NCBI GenBank assembly: GCA_000146045.2
Contig: BK006943.2
Coordinates: 608,001-672,000, forward strand
Length of the DNA: 64,000 bases
Source of the DNA: TPA_inf: Saccharomyces
Lineage: Eukaryota
Direction: 5' to 3'
Shown here in pieces: positions 1 through 11,156 of the stretch; the stretch's first letter is position 1; each line of letters starts with the position of its first letter. Position numbers and translations under genes: made by a program. The notes below the pieces were generated by a model. It worked only from the letters and a program-made list of their open reading frames with translations. It searched no databases and had not been told where the DNA came from.

Positions 1-14
1 CATACATCCTTTTT

Positions 15-27
15 AACCCATACATAT
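15..27 (+). promoter_or_regulatory. Candidate Rap1-binding site (AACCCATACATAT) about 290 bp upstream of the RPL43B start
   Basis: Resembles the ribosomal-protein-gene Rap1 consensus ACACCCRYACAYM with 1-2 mismatches. The position relative to the RP-gene ATG is typical. Confidence 0.3.
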
Positions 28-304
28 CATTTAGATTATTGTTTTTTAATTTTTTTTTTATCAGATGTTGTTCATCGCGAAATTTATAATCTTTCGATTG
101 AATCGCACTTGTCGTGCATAATGATAAATACCTTCCGGAGAGAAAACTCAGACCCACTGGGAAGTTCCTACCTGCCGAGTAAGACCAGCTTGAAAAATTT
201 GAAATTTCAACTGAGAATCAGAATATATTACTGCCCTTCGTGTTGTAGGGTTATTCATTAACTATATACGATATTATAAACAGCATAGATAATCAAACAA
301 AAAA

Positions 305-858
305 ATGTATGCATATAATAGAGGAATTGGATGACTAAATGTTCTTATATTGGAGTTAGTGGAGATGCGTGGTAGATTTGAATTAAATAGAAAGTGCTGG
401 GGTTGATAAACCACGAAATATCGCAGTTGAGGAGAATGATAAGCCAGGATAGATGGTAGCGCATTTTTGGGGCAATCTCACTGTAGGTCCACCACAACTC
501 AATATGACTACATCGAATCAGTTATAAGGCAAGTTTTTAGTTTACTAACAAATATTTCCATCTTATTTTTTTTTTTTGCAGGGCTAAGAGAACAAAGAAG
601 GTCGGTATCACAGGTAAATACGGTGTCCGTTATGGTTCATCATTGAGAAGACAAGTTAAGAAGCTTGAAATTCAACAACATGCCAGATATGACTGTTCCT
701 TCTGTGGTAAGAAGACTGTTAAGAGAGGTGCAGCTGGTATTTGGACTTGTTCCTGTTGTAAGAAGACCGTTGCCGGTGGTGCTTATACTGTTTCTACTGC
801 AGCTGCCGCTACTGTTAGATCTACCATCAGAAGATTAAGAGAAATGGTTGAAGCTTAA
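305..858 (+). CDS. RPL43B: 60S ribosomal protein L43 (L37ae family, C4 zinc ribbon), spliced CDS join(305..306,592..858)
   Basis: The track ORF 643..858 covers the C-terminal part ([23 protein letters not shown]...CSCCKK...REMVEA). Reading upstream in frame from 592 gives G-CTAAGAGAACAAAGAAGGTCGGTATCACAGGTAAATAC = (M)[13 protein letters not shown]. This needs a 2-nt first coding exon 'AT' at 305..306, followed by GTATGC, the branchpoint TACTAAC, and CAG|G. Confidence 0.75.
307..591 (+). other. Spliceosomal intron of RPL43B: 5'ss GTATGC at 307..312, branchpoint TACTAAC at 543..549, poly-T tract, 3'ss CAG at 589..591
   Basis: A canonical yeast branchpoint lies about 40 nt upstream of a poly-pyrimidine tract and CAG. 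Splicing AT + GGCTAAG restores ATG GCT AAG. Confidence 0.6.
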
Positions 859-1058
859 ACTTCTTTCATTCATTTTCTCTTGGCTTTCACTAGGTATATC
901 TATTCCATAACGACTATGTTTTGTATTTGTTAATTTACATAAAACCATATCAGTACATCAACGAACTGTAAAAAAGAAACTTTAGCATAATTATTGCGGA
1001 TATTTAAACTCACTTGCAGGTAAGAGCAAAAGGCGATTGATTTCCAGTCCGCCTCTTG

Positions 1059-1066
1059 TCACGTGA
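1059..1066. promoter_or_regulatory. Palindromic E-box TCACGTGA (Cbf1/Pho4-type) in the SFC1 upstream region
   Basis: Exact match to RTCACGTGA. Confidence 0.4.
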
Positions 1067-1093
1067 TTTAGTAAGAAATTTTGACAGCACCCT

Positions 1094-1104
1094 CGGTTTA
1101 ATGG
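1094..1104 (-). promoter_or_regulatory. CSRE-like element (CGGTTTAATGG; reverse complement CCATTAAACCG, 1 mismatch to CCRTYSRNCCG)
   Basis: Lies upstream of SFC1, a Cat8/Sip4-regulated gluconeogenic-type gene. Imperfect match. Confidence 0.3.
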
Positions 1105-1154
1105 AAAAGAGGGGCGTTTTTCGATGAACCCGAGGGGAGACTAGAGAATCATCT

Positions 1155-1165
1155 CGGTTGAATGG
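1155..1165 (-). promoter_or_regulatory. Carbon-source-responsive element (CGGTTGAATGG; reverse complement CCATTCAACCG fits CCRTYSRNCCG)
   Basis: Exact fit to the CSRE consensus about 600 bp upstream of the SFC1 ATG. SFC1/ACR1 is a known Cat8 target. Confidence 0.45.
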
Positions 1166-1772
1166 AGCATTATTTTTTTAGTAGCGCCCGCCCGGAGAAA
1201 TGGACGTTGGCGAATGAGCCATGAATTATTAACCGCCCATGTCTACCAGATACCACATCGTATGACAGTACCAGCCTAGTCCCGGTAAACCGCAAACGGA
1301 CCTTAATTGTGACGAAGGGCCCAAATTTGATGGGTCGGTGTTAATGATTAGTCCTCATTGTCATAATAAAGTGTGATGATGGAGGCAATGATGATATACG
1401 GTAGTACTACTGCTCGAGGTGCTATCTTTTAACCAATCCTTTGAGATTCTTGTCGCCACGGAGTTACTACCTTTTACAAACCGTAATGTCACATTTTGCA
1501 TATATCTTATGTATAAATATATAGTTCACTTACTACTTGTTCTCGTTTTGTTAACTTTCTTGTTGTAGTTCTTCTTGTTCTTGGCGTTTCCCCCTTTGTT
1601 TTCTATCTGCTTCATAAGTAAAGTGCAAAGCATTTTGGAAGATATTATCAATTGAGTCATTGAAAGAAACTTGGCATCTTCCCTATTACTAAAACTAAGA
1701 ATACTTGATTCAAGAAAGAAGTTTATATTAGTTTTAGCCGTAAGATAACATAACAAAGAAGAAGAAAGAAAA

Positions 1773-2741
1773 ATGTCTCAAAAAAAGAAGGCTTCCCATC
1801 CAGCCATCAATCTCATGGCTGGCGGCACAGCAGGTTTATTTGAAGCATTGTGTTGTCATCCTTTAGATACAATTAAGGTGAGAATGCAAATATACAGACG
1901 GGTAGCTGGTATTGAACATGTTAAACCCCCAGGATTTATTAAAACTGGGCGTACCATTTATCAAAAAGAAGGTTTCTTGGCTCTGTATAAAGGTCTAGGT
2001 GCTGTGGTCATCGGTATTATACCTAAGATGGCAATCCGTTTCTCGTCTTATGAATTCTATAGAACCTTATTGGTTAACAAGGAATCAGGAATTGTGTCTA
2101 CCGGTAATACTTTTGTTGCTGGTGTTGGGGCTGGTATCACCGAAGCTGTTCTTGTCGTGAACCCGATGGAAGTTGTAAAGATTAGGTTACAAGCTCAGCA
2201 TTTAACTCCGAGTGAGCCAAATGCTGGTCCTAAATATAACAACGCCATTCATGCAGCCTACACTATTGTCAAAGAAGAAGGTGTTTCTGCCTTATATAGA
2301 GGCGTTTCCTTAACTGCGGCAAGGCAAGCAACTAATCAGGGTGCTAACTTCACAGTTTATTCTAAACTGAAGGAGTTTTTGCAGAATTACCATCAGATGG
2401 ATGTCCTACCTTCATGGGAAACTTCTTGCATAGGTTTGATTTCGGGTGCTATTGGGCCGTTTTCCAACGCTCCATTGGATACTATAAAGACAAGGCTGCA
2501 AAAGGATAAGTCCATCTCATTGGAAAAACAGTCCGGTATGAAGAAAATCATAACCATTGGTGCTCAACTACTGAAAGAAGAAGGTTTTAGAGCTTTGTAC
2601 AAGGGTATTACCCCAAGAGTGATGAGGGTGGCTCCAGGTCAGGCTGTCACCTTTACCGTTTATGAATATGTAAGGGAGCATTTAGAAAATTTGGGTATAT
2701 TCAAGAAGAATGACACACCAAAGCCAAAGCCATTAAAGTAG
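1773..2741 (+). CDS. SFC1: Mitochondrial succinate-fumarate carrier (mitochondrial carrier family, 3 repeats)
   Basis: Intact 322-aa ORF starting at ATG, with the tripartite mitochondrial-carrier repeat structure and P-x-D/E-x-x-K/R-like signature motifs (PLDTIKVRMQ, PMEVVKIRLQ, PLDTIKTRLQ). Confidence 0.93.
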   Translation: MSQKKKASHPAINLMAGGTAGLFEALCCHPLDTIKVRMQIYRRVAGIEHVKPPGFIKTGRTIYQKEGFLALYKGLGAVVIGIIPKMAIRFSSYEFYRTLLVNKESGIVSTGNTFVAGVGAGITEAVLVVNPMEVVKIRLQAQHLTPSEPNAGPKYNNAIHAAYTIVKEEGVSALYRGVSLTAARQATNQGANFTVYSKLKEFLQNYHQMDVLPSWETSCIGLISGAIGPFSNAPLDTIKTRLQKDKSISLEKQSGMKKIITIGAQLLKEEGFRALYKGITPRVMRVAPGQAVTFTVYEYVREHLENLGIFKKNDTPKPKPLK

Positions 2742-3194
2742 ATGATGAACAATGGGACTACAAAATGAAATAAAGAAAAAATAGAAATAGGCTAGAAGAT
2801 CAATTATTAATCGCCCTATTCTTCCTTATTACCTACACAAAATAAAGCAGCAACATAAGAAACAAAAACAAAATGAAAACAAACCAAATAAATCTATGTA
2901 AGCATACTCATTTCAATTTGATATTCATTACTTGACTTTTTTGTCCTTATTTGAGGCTCCATAAGCGCGCCATTTTTCCCTACTCCCTTTTTTCGTAAAT
3001 AGTAATAATGTGCTGAAAAGAACAATGAAGTAGTTATCATACATATTCCGTCGTGTCGATATGAGGGGAGGTGTCTCTTTCTTTCATCCCTTGTCGCAAC
3101 CTCCAATATATAAGAGCATAAGCAACTGATCTTACTTTAGTAATTAACTTAGCATACCTAGCCCGAAGGAAGAAAAAAAATTCACCTCAACAAC

Positions 3195-4043
3195 ATGGTT
3201 CCTAAGTTTTACAAACTTTCAAACGGCTTCAAAATCCCAAGCATTGCTTTGGGAACCTACGATATTCCAAGATCGCAAACAGCCGAAATTGTGTATGAAG
3301 GTGTCAAGTGCGGCTACCGTCATTTCGATACTGCTGTTCTTTATGGTAATGAGAAGGAAGTTGGCGATGGTATCATTAAATGGTTGAACGAAGATCCAGG
3401 GAACCATAAACGTGAGGAAATCTTCTACACTACTAAATTATGGAATTCGCAAAACGGATATAAAAGAGCTAAAGCTGCCATTCGGCAATGTTTGAATGAA
3501 GTCTCGGGCTTGCAATACATCGATCTTCTTTTGATTCATTCGCCACTGGAAGGTTCTAAATTAAGGTTGGAAACTTGGCGCGCCATGCAAGAAGCGGTTG
3601 ATGAAGGATTGGTTAAGTCTATAGGGGTTTCCAACTATGGGAAAAAGCACATTGATGAACTTTTGAACTGGCCAGAACTGAAGCACAAGCCAGTGGTCAA
3701 CCAAATCGAGATATCACCTTGGATTATGAGACAAGAATTAGCAGATTACTGTAAATCTAAAGGTCTCGTCGTCGAAGCCTTTGCCCCATTGTGTCACGGC
3801 TACAAAATGACTAATCCAGATTTATTAAAAGTTTGCAAAGAGGTGGACCGTAATCCAGGTCAAGTTTTGATTCGTTGGTCTTTACAACACGGTTATTTAC
3901 CACTACCGAAGACTAAAACTGTGAAGAGGTTAGAAGGTAACCTTGCAGCCTACAACTTTGAACTGTCAGACGAACAGATGAAATTTCTTGATCATCCTGA
4001 TGCTTATGAGCCTACCGATTGGGAATGCACAGACGCGCCATAA
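3195..4043 (+). CDS. NADPH-dependent aldo-keto reductase (AKR family; YJR096W-like)
   Basis: 282-aa ORF starting at ATG. AKR hallmarks are present: the catalytic-tetrad context (D..Y..K..H: 'HFDTAVLYGNE', 'LLIHSP') and 'IPKTKTVKRLEGN' near the C-terminus. Confidence 0.9.
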   Translation: MVPKFYKLSNGFKIPSIALGTYDIPRSQTAEIVYEGVKCGYRHFDTAVLYGNEKEVGDGIIKWLNEDPGNHKREEIFYTTKLWNSQNGYKRAKAAIRQCLNEVSGLQYIDLLLIHSPLEGSKLRLETWRAMQEAVDEGLVKSIGVSNYGKKHIDELLNWPELKHKPVVNQIEISPWIMRQELADYCKSKGLVVEAFAPLCHGYKMTNPDLLKVCKEVDRNPGQVLIRWSLQHGYLPLPKTKTVKRLEGNLAAYNFELSDEQMKFLDHPDAYEPTDWECTDAP

Positions 4044-4412
4044 AAAGAAAATGCGAACCGTAGAATAACGTATATAGAACATATAATTAGTTTACGTTTC
4101 ACAAAGTATTAATATTACATGTAGCTTTTTCAGGACTTTCGATCTAAATCAAAGATTAAAGGAGCTGCTAGAGGTAGAAAAGGAAATCATTGACTTTTCT
4201 TGAAGATTTATGAGCGGGTAACTGGAGATGGAAATTTTCAGAAAAATTGTAAATGGATGCGATGACTTCGATGTGACGTTACTAGTCTTACCATTGTAAA
4301 AACCACTATCGGTGCCAAAAGATAAGCGCAATCAACTAAGAAATTTACCACGCTCTTTGTATTGTATTTATCTCCAATTTAATCTTTCTTTTGGTGTGAA
4401 AATTTAGCGAAA

Positions 4413-4931
4413 ATGTCATTGGTGAATTCGTTAACACACTACGAAATTTTAAGAATTCCATCGGATGCAACACAAGATGAAATCAAAAAGGCATATAGGA
4501 ATCGGTTACTAAATACGCACCCCGATAAACTTTCTAAAAGCATACATGATACGGTTAGCAACGTCACAATCAATAAGATTCAAGATGCTTATAAAATACT
4601 ATCGAATATAAAAACTCGTCGCGAATATGATAGGTTGATCCTTGAAAACTATAAACGCCAAGGATTTCATAATTGTGGTGATGGGCTGGATGAATTTTCC
4701 TTAGACGATTTCTCATTTGATGAAGATAAGCTGGAGTTTATGATGAATTGTCCTCGCTGTCAATTTGTTGGTGGTTTTCATTTTAGTGAGAGTTTGTTAG
4801 ATGAATGCATTGATAATGTAGACGCTATGGAACGGAGTCATTCTGGTTATCAATTATTAACCCAATGTAGCGCATGCAGCTTATGGCTGAAGGTTAATTT
4901 TGACATCGAGGAAGAGCAAGAAGGACAATAA
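4413..4931 (+). CDS. JJJ3: J-domain protein with a C-terminal CSL-type zinc finger (diphthamide biosynthesis DPH4)
   Basis: Has an N-terminal DnaJ domain with HPD (LLNTHPDKL) and C-terminal CPRC/CSAC cysteine pairs. 172 aa. Confidence 0.88.
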
Positions 4932-5185
4932 TGAAAATGGGAGGGGAAATTGAGCATATCAGATAAATCTGTTTATAGAATTATTATTTTACTTCGTGGG
5001 AAATCGAATGGTGTATATAAAAGAGGTTGTAAAATTGACGAAATAAATAGTATTTAGGCAACTAAAGATAAAAAAATATTATTTATTTTTATTCGCGGTG
5101 CGTTGCCAGATTTTTTTTGACATGCGGAATTTTGGTAAAAAGAAAAATGCAGATATGAATAGTAAACAAAGGAATAAAAAGCCTT

Positions 5186-7156
5186 TCATGAAGAAGTTCG
5201 TGTTCGAGATCTTCTTCCTTCTTTTTCGCTGTCGACGATAGATATGAATGCTTTTGCCATTGATTTCAAATCCGTCATTAAGCTAACATGACCTGAAGAA
5301 CTGGCGATTTTACAAACAACTGGAAAGCCTCTCTGTTCAGGCAATAACCATTTATGGTGAACAACACCGTCGCCCGGACCATAGTAAAAATCTTCATAAT
5401 TCCCATCTTTTATATCTTGTATACCGTTCACTTTAGCACCTCTAACAGTGGGAACCTTGTTACCGTAAACCATGGCCAATGGAGGATATTCTTTGTTCGG
5501 GTCGTAATCTAAGCTATCCAAATAATTCTTTGTACGTTTTAAAGTTCTCGCTAAATATTCACAGCTATCTTCATAAGATGTATGGAAGACTTCATCGAAA
5601 GGCACATCCCTTGGTACCTGTTTATTATTGCCGGCTACATTCCTAACAACAGGTGCATTTAGGACAAACTTGGTAGTTGCGTTTAGGGTAGCTTTAAGCG
5701 AAAGCGCTGATTTCGTTTTCCTTGGTAATAATTTTGATTTTTCGTGAGCTGATTCCTCTCTTTTCTCATTGACGAGAGGTGACAAGCCAAGGGTTTTCCA
5801 AACATCTGTATCAAAAAAATCGAAATCATACCTCTCTAAGGTAATTTTGTCAACAAAACATCTACCATCTAACGGTAGAAAATAGAAACTACTTCTCATA
5901 AAAAAGTTGGTTTCTTTAGTGAAAATAGTTTTATTCCACATCACATCATCTCCAAACCTAATAGGACCTAAAATATTTGGACATTGGCTTGGGGAACCCA
6001 CGTAAATAATACCTCTTATCAAATGAGTACAGTCTTGCAACACTTTATGTGCGACCAATCCGCCCATTGAATGGGCAATGATGTATATTCCCTTCTTATT
6101 TTTTTGCTTATTGTAAATTTCCTCTAGTTTAGTCGTTAAATGCTTGGCAGATATGTCCAAGGATAATCTCCAATCATAGCCAAACTGCTGAACATTTAAA
6201 TTAGGATTTGCGTCTAGCCTCTTTATCAACCTCTTAGAGATATCAACAGGCCCTATATGTGTTAGCATTCCATCAGGGACAATCTCCTTCTGAGTTTTAA
6301 GTTCATCTTCGTCATTAGGTCCGATCAATAAATCGACTTTCGTCATATTCAAACCTGCCTTTAATGGGATCCAAATTCGCTTATGAGTAGTAGCATCCCT
6401 TAGCACACTACCTCGATATCCACCCATTATAACGACATCTCCTTCCAATTCATTCCATATAGATTCTAAACGCGAACGGTAATATCCGTCATGAGTTTTG
6501 TCGAATGGGTCTGCTGTTATTTGCTTAATGGAGTTCTTCAAGGCATCCATTTCCAAAGATTCTTTAACAGCCCTTAACCTTGAATTATCAATGCCCCTTT
6601 CGTATTTAAATAATTCTATCTCTTCCAAGGAAGAAATGGAGGTTGATTTTTTCAGTTTTTGCTTGATCTCATTCTTTCTTAGATTCTTTTTGATGAACTC
6701 ATCTGGAGTCTTGGGAAGCACAGTTTTAATTATGGCTAATGGTGAACTTGATCGGAAATTTGTATTACCAAATGGTAAGGAAAAGGAGAAAGTTTTATGA
6801 GAGCTGTCATAGTTCCCGTCATGCGAATAAGAAATAATTTCATCGAGATCTTCATCATCAGCGTCAAGAGAAATGGCACTCGCTTGCTTCTCTTCTAAAT
6901 TATGATAGTTATTGGGCCCAGTTGTTTCCTTCTTTCTTCCCCTTTGTTCACTATCGCTGTCTTTTTCTACTTTATTGCTTATAACTCTTGCACCTCCAAT
7001 CAAGGTATCCACTTTCTCCATTGTATCCAATTCACCTTCGCTTTCATTTACGGAAAAAAAGCTTACATCACTACCACTATCACTTGAATCAGAAAGACAT
7101 TGCTTGTTATATTTATCATTATCGGAAATAAGATCAGTAGCCGGAGTTGCCATCAT
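5186..7156 (-). CDS. Serine-hydrolase / LCAT-like lipase-family protein of unknown function (YJR098C-like)
   Basis: 656-aa ORF starting at ATG (cat at 7154..7156). Has a GHSMGG nucleophile-elbow motif (IIAHSMGGLVAH) and an acidic, serine-rich N-terminus. Confidence 0.85.
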   Translation of the reverse strand: MMATPATDLISDNDKYNKQCLSDSSDSGSDVSFFSVNESEGELDTMEKVDTLIGGARVISNKVEKDSDSEQRGRKKETTGPNNYHNLEEKQASAISLDADDEDLDEIISYSHDGNYDSSHKTFSFSLPFGNTNFRSSSPLAIIKTVLPKTPDEFIKKNLRKNEIKQKLKKSTSISSLEEIELFKYERGIDNSRLRAVKESLEMDALKNSIKQITADPFDKTHDGYYRSRLESIWNELEGDVVIMGGYRGSVLRDATTHKRIWIPLKAGLNMTKVDLLIGPNDEDELKTQKEIVPDGMLTHIGPVDISKRLIKRLDANPNLNVQQFGYDWRLSLDISAKHLTTKLEEIYNKQKNKKGIYIIAHSMGGLVAHKVLQDCTHLIRGIIYVGSPSQCPNILGPIRFGDDVMWNKTIFTKETNFFMRSSFYFLPLDGRCFVDKITLERYDFDFFDTDVWKTLGLSPLVNEKREESAHEKSKLLPRKTKSALSLKATLNATTKFVLNAPVVRNVAGNNKQVPRDVPFDEVFHTSYEDSCEYLARTLKRTKNYLDSLDYDPNKEYPPLAMVYGNKVPTVRGAKVNGIQDIKDGNYEDFYYGPGDGVVHHKWLLPEQRGFPVVCKIASSSGHVSLMTDLKSMAKAFISIVDSEKEGRRSRTRTSS

Positions 7157-7575
7157 TGTAATACTCCCCAGTTAACCTCTACAAGTTGATTCTTTTACGT
7201 ATCACCAAAATAGGCAGGCTATTCTTACCCAGTCCTTTCTTTTTAAGGGCGTCATAGAGTTGTAAGCATTTTTTGAGAATGCAGTGATGAGCTATTAACT
7301 TCTCAAAACTTCCTGACGTTTTATTACCCGGATTGAAGTACCTTGTATTCTTGGAGATGTCTGTGGTCGAGTTAGGAAGTGTGAACATGCCTATCAACGC
7401 CCCAAAAACCAGTGCAGATAATGATCTGGAACAATTTTTCCGTGTTTTAAACTTCCTCAGTAGAAGTATTTTTATTTAGTCGACTATAAAGGTGGAAGTC
7501 CATACTTAAGAGATATTAAGGGTATTTTGATCAACAAGTAAGTAACAATCGTTATAAAAATACAATAGCAAAAGT

Positions 7576-8286
7576 ATGAGCGGAGAAAATCGTGCTGTGG
7601 TGCCGATTGAATCAAACCCTGAAGTTTTTACAAATTTTGCACATAAATTAGGTTTAAAAAATGAATGGGCGTATTTCGATATCTATAGCTTAACAGAGCC
7701 AGAGTTACTAGCATTCTTACCAAGGCCAGTGAAGGCCATTGTGCTGCTATTTCCGATAAACGAGGATAGAAAATCGAGTACCAGTCAACAAATTACAAGT
7801 TCTTATGATGTTATATGGTTTAAGCAATCAGTCAAAAATGCGTGCGGATTGTATGCAATTCTTCATTCTTTGAGCAATAACCAGTCATTGTTGGAGCCCG
7901 GCTCCGACTTGGACAATTTTTTAAAATCTCAAAGTGATACTTCAAGCTCGAAGAATAGGTTTGATGATGTTACTACCGACCAATTCGTCTTGAATGTAAT
8001 AAAAGAGAATGTACAAACATTTTCTACTGGCCAGTCAGAAGCACCAGAAGCAACTGCAGATACTAATCTACACTATATCACATATGTGGAAGAGAACGGA
8101 GGGATATTTGAACTGGATGGAAGGAATTTGAGCGGACCCCTCTATTTGGGAAAGAGTGACCCAACTGCCACCGATTTGATTGAACAGGAATTAGTTAGAG
8201 TGAGAGTCGCCTCATATATGGAAAATGCAAATGAAGAAGATGTATTAAACTTTGCTATGCTAGGATTGGGCCCTAATTGGGAATAA
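7576..8286 (+). CDS. YUH1: Ubiquitin C-terminal hydrolase (UCH family peptidase C12)
   Basis: 236-aa ORF. The catalytic Cys context 'QSVKNACGLYAILHS' and the general fold match the UCH-L family. Confidence 0.9.
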   Translation: MSGENRAVVPIESNPEVFTNFAHKLGLKNEWAYFDIYSLTEPELLAFLPRPVKAIVLLFPINEDRKSSTSQQITSSYDVIWFKQSVKNACGLYAILHSLSNNQSLLEPGSDLDNFLKSQSDTSSSKNRFDDVTTDQFVLNVIKENVQTFSTGQSEAPEATADTNLHYITYVEENGGIFELDGRNLSGPLYLGKSDPTATDLIEQELVRVRVASYMENANEEDVLNFAMLGLGPNWE

Positions 8287-8350
8287 TAATTGTTTTATTA
8301 CTGCGTAGTCAAATATGTATTTACAGAATTCTTTTAAATATATAATTCAC

Positions 8351-9334
8351 CTACTCATCATAGCCACCGCCAAAAGAAAGGAAACCTCCAGTTTGTCTGG
8401 AATGTCTCGAAAAATAATCGAAATCGATGGACACAGCGTTTGCTAATAACACGGCCCTTTGATCCAAAGTTAGTACTTGAGAACTTAGCATCTCAGTAGG
8501 ATAAATATTATCAAAGCATCTCTGCGAATCAAATCTAACAACATAAACACCAGTATCGGTAAACATTTCTCTTCCTAAACCAACCCAATTTCTGTCTACA
8601 CTCGCCATTATCTTACCATCAGCATCTGTTACAGGAAAATCAAATGATAAGAAAGGTGCATCTATCTTACCAAATTGGTCAAAAGTGGATCCTTCTACTC
8701 CATCTTTCTGGAATAATTCGTAACGACGCCTCCAGAGATGCCAGTTCTGAATGGTCTCTCCTACTGTCGTTCCTTCTTTACCGTCGTGATAGTGAGTGGA
8801 GTCACTGCCATTATCAACATACGCGGAAGGAGGTATGATAGTCTTTATATGAGAATTGATGAACGAAAAGGGCCTTTTAATCGTCATTATTACATTTCCC
8901 CAATTATCAAAGACATCTACCAAAAAAGGACGATGTAGACGATAAAACTGCCGCATTATGGCCTTTGTTATAGAAAAATCTCTTTCCATCATTGATGCTA
9001 TTTTGTTTCCGTTCACATCCATTATGGCATACCTATTAGCCTGCTCGAAACCTAGAAAAACGTTCATAAATTCTATTTGCCTTTCGATAATAACTGTCGG
9101 TTCATTAAGTATCGTAGTAGCTATAGGATCATGTACTTTTATTATCCCGCTATTGCTATTTTCTTTAAATGCTTTTACTGATGGCGCCTTCGTTATTTGG
9201 TTCTTTTCACGAATTACTCTCCTAAATGGACCGTTTCTGATTACTTTACCAGAAGAAACCGTTAATGTTTTACTCAGTGTACTGAAATTTCTCATACATG
9301 ATCGGTAAGTTAGAAATATTGCCGTTCTATGCAT
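8351..9334 (-). CDS. AIM25: Phospholipid scramblase-family mitochondrial protein
   Basis: 327-aa ORF starting at ATG. Scramblase-like C-terminal region. Confidence 0.85.
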   Translation of the reverse strand: MHRTAIFLTYRSCMRNFSTLSKTLTVSSGKVIRNGPFRRVIREKNQITKAPSVKAFKENSNSGIIKVHDPIATTILNEPTVIIERQIEFMNVFLGFEQANRYAIMDVNGNKIASMMERDFSITKAIMRQFYRLHRPFLVDVFDNWGNVIMTIKRPFSFINSHIKTIIPPSAYVDNGSDSTHYHDGKEGTTVGETIQNWHLWRRRYELFQKDGVEGSTFDQFGKIDAPFLSFDFPVTDADGKIMASVDRNWVGLGREMFTDTGVYVVRFDSQRCFDNIYPTEMLSSQVLTLDQRAVLLANAVSIDFDYFSRHSRQTGGFLSFGGGYDE

Positions 9335-9918
9335 GTCGGTGTTATCCTTTATGTTTGACCTTTAATCTTCTTTTGTTTTGTCTTTTTTCATTTCGTACTT
9401 TTCAAATCCTTATTGCCGGTAGGCTTACAAACTTGAATGAAGTATATAACGAAGTCAATGAAACCTCTCCCATACTAGGTTCGGAACCTGTTAAGGGGAA
9501 CAAGACCGCGCACTTGTTATGAAAATTCTTCCTATAACTATATTGAAAGCTATTTTTCCACATCGGCAGACAAACGACTGTCCAGACTTAGTAAAGCTCT
9601 TGGTCGATTTTGTACATTGCCTTTCCTTTACAGCTCCAAGATATTATATATATTTTTGACAAGGTAATCAATTGCCCCACAAATCTTCCATATAAAAACC
9701 TATATATGCTATTAACCGAATGGCAATTCCCTCTATCTCATATCTCACCTCTACAGTAATCCTTCCGTGGTATCTGGTCTATAGAAATGGGTACTGTTTC
9801 ATTTAAACGTGTTATCACTTGATCCAATGGTTACCATCTGACTTTGGCATCAATCCCTTCTTAAAAAGTAACCAATCAATGATATGCGATTGTTTATGAA
9901 GTCCATTCAACAAACAAT

Positions 9919-10019
9919 GGGAGTTTGGCCGAGTGGTTTAAGGCGTCAGATTTAGGTGGATTTAACCTCTAAAATCTCTGATATCTTCGGATGCAAGGGT
10001 TCGAATCCCTTAGCTCTCA
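9919..10019 (+). tRNA. tL(UAG): tRNA-Leu (anticodon UAG) with an approx. 19-nt intron 3' of the anticodon
   Basis: GGGAGTTTGGCCGAGTGGTTTAAGGCGTCAGATTTAGG[intron]CTCTGATATCTTCGGATGCAAGGGTTCGAATCCCTTAGCTCTCA. Contains the A-box TGGCCGAGTGG, the B-box GGTTCGAATCC, a long variable arm typical of Leu, a TAG anticodon, and an immediately following T-run. Confidence 0.9.
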
Positions 10020-10022
10020 TTA

Positions 10023-10028
10023 TTTTTT
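10023..10028 (+). terminator. Pol III oligo(dT) terminator of the tRNA-Leu gene
   Basis: TTTTTT lies 4 nt after the tRNA 3' end. Confidence 0.6.
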
Positions 10029-10188
10029 GTATTTTTTTTTTTCACTTCCCATCTTTCCAAGAATCTTAGGAGAGGTGCCGCAGTACTTTTTTGGACTGAG
10101 CAAGAAGTATCGCAAAGCATGGAAAAGTAAGAAGGGTATAGCAAAAGTCTTTTCACAATAAGAGGATATTTTGCAGGCAAATTTCTGA

Positions 10189-11034
<846 letters not shown>

Positions 11035-11156
11035 TGAAAAGAAAGGAAGCGATAGCCTCTTACCCTCATATGTAATTATAAAGGTATCGGGTAGAAGGGG
11101 ATCTACCAAAATCTTATATACTGTAAATAGTTTTATTTTATCCTCTCGCTCGTGTT

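Noticed and set aside
6498-7175. Overlapping or antisense small ORFs in the track, for example 6498..6800, 6902..7087, 6912..7175, 13806..14177, 22228..22581, 24328..24603 and 30647..31051
   Set aside because: They lie inside and antisense to, or out of frame with, long well-supported CDSs. They are low-complexity and lack recognisable domains, and several start at TTG or GTG. They look like shadow ORFs.
9478-9488. B-box-like motif GGTTCGGAACC about 430 bp upstream of the tRNA-Leu gene, a possible second tRNA or remnant
   Set aside because: No A-box, acceptor stem or cloverleaf could be built around it. It is probably a chance match.
9340-9918. Possible Ty LTR (delta or sigma) next to the tRNA gene
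   Set aside because: The sequence does not start or end with TGTTG...CAACA-type LTR termini and does not resemble delta or sigma from memory. No target-site duplication is evident.
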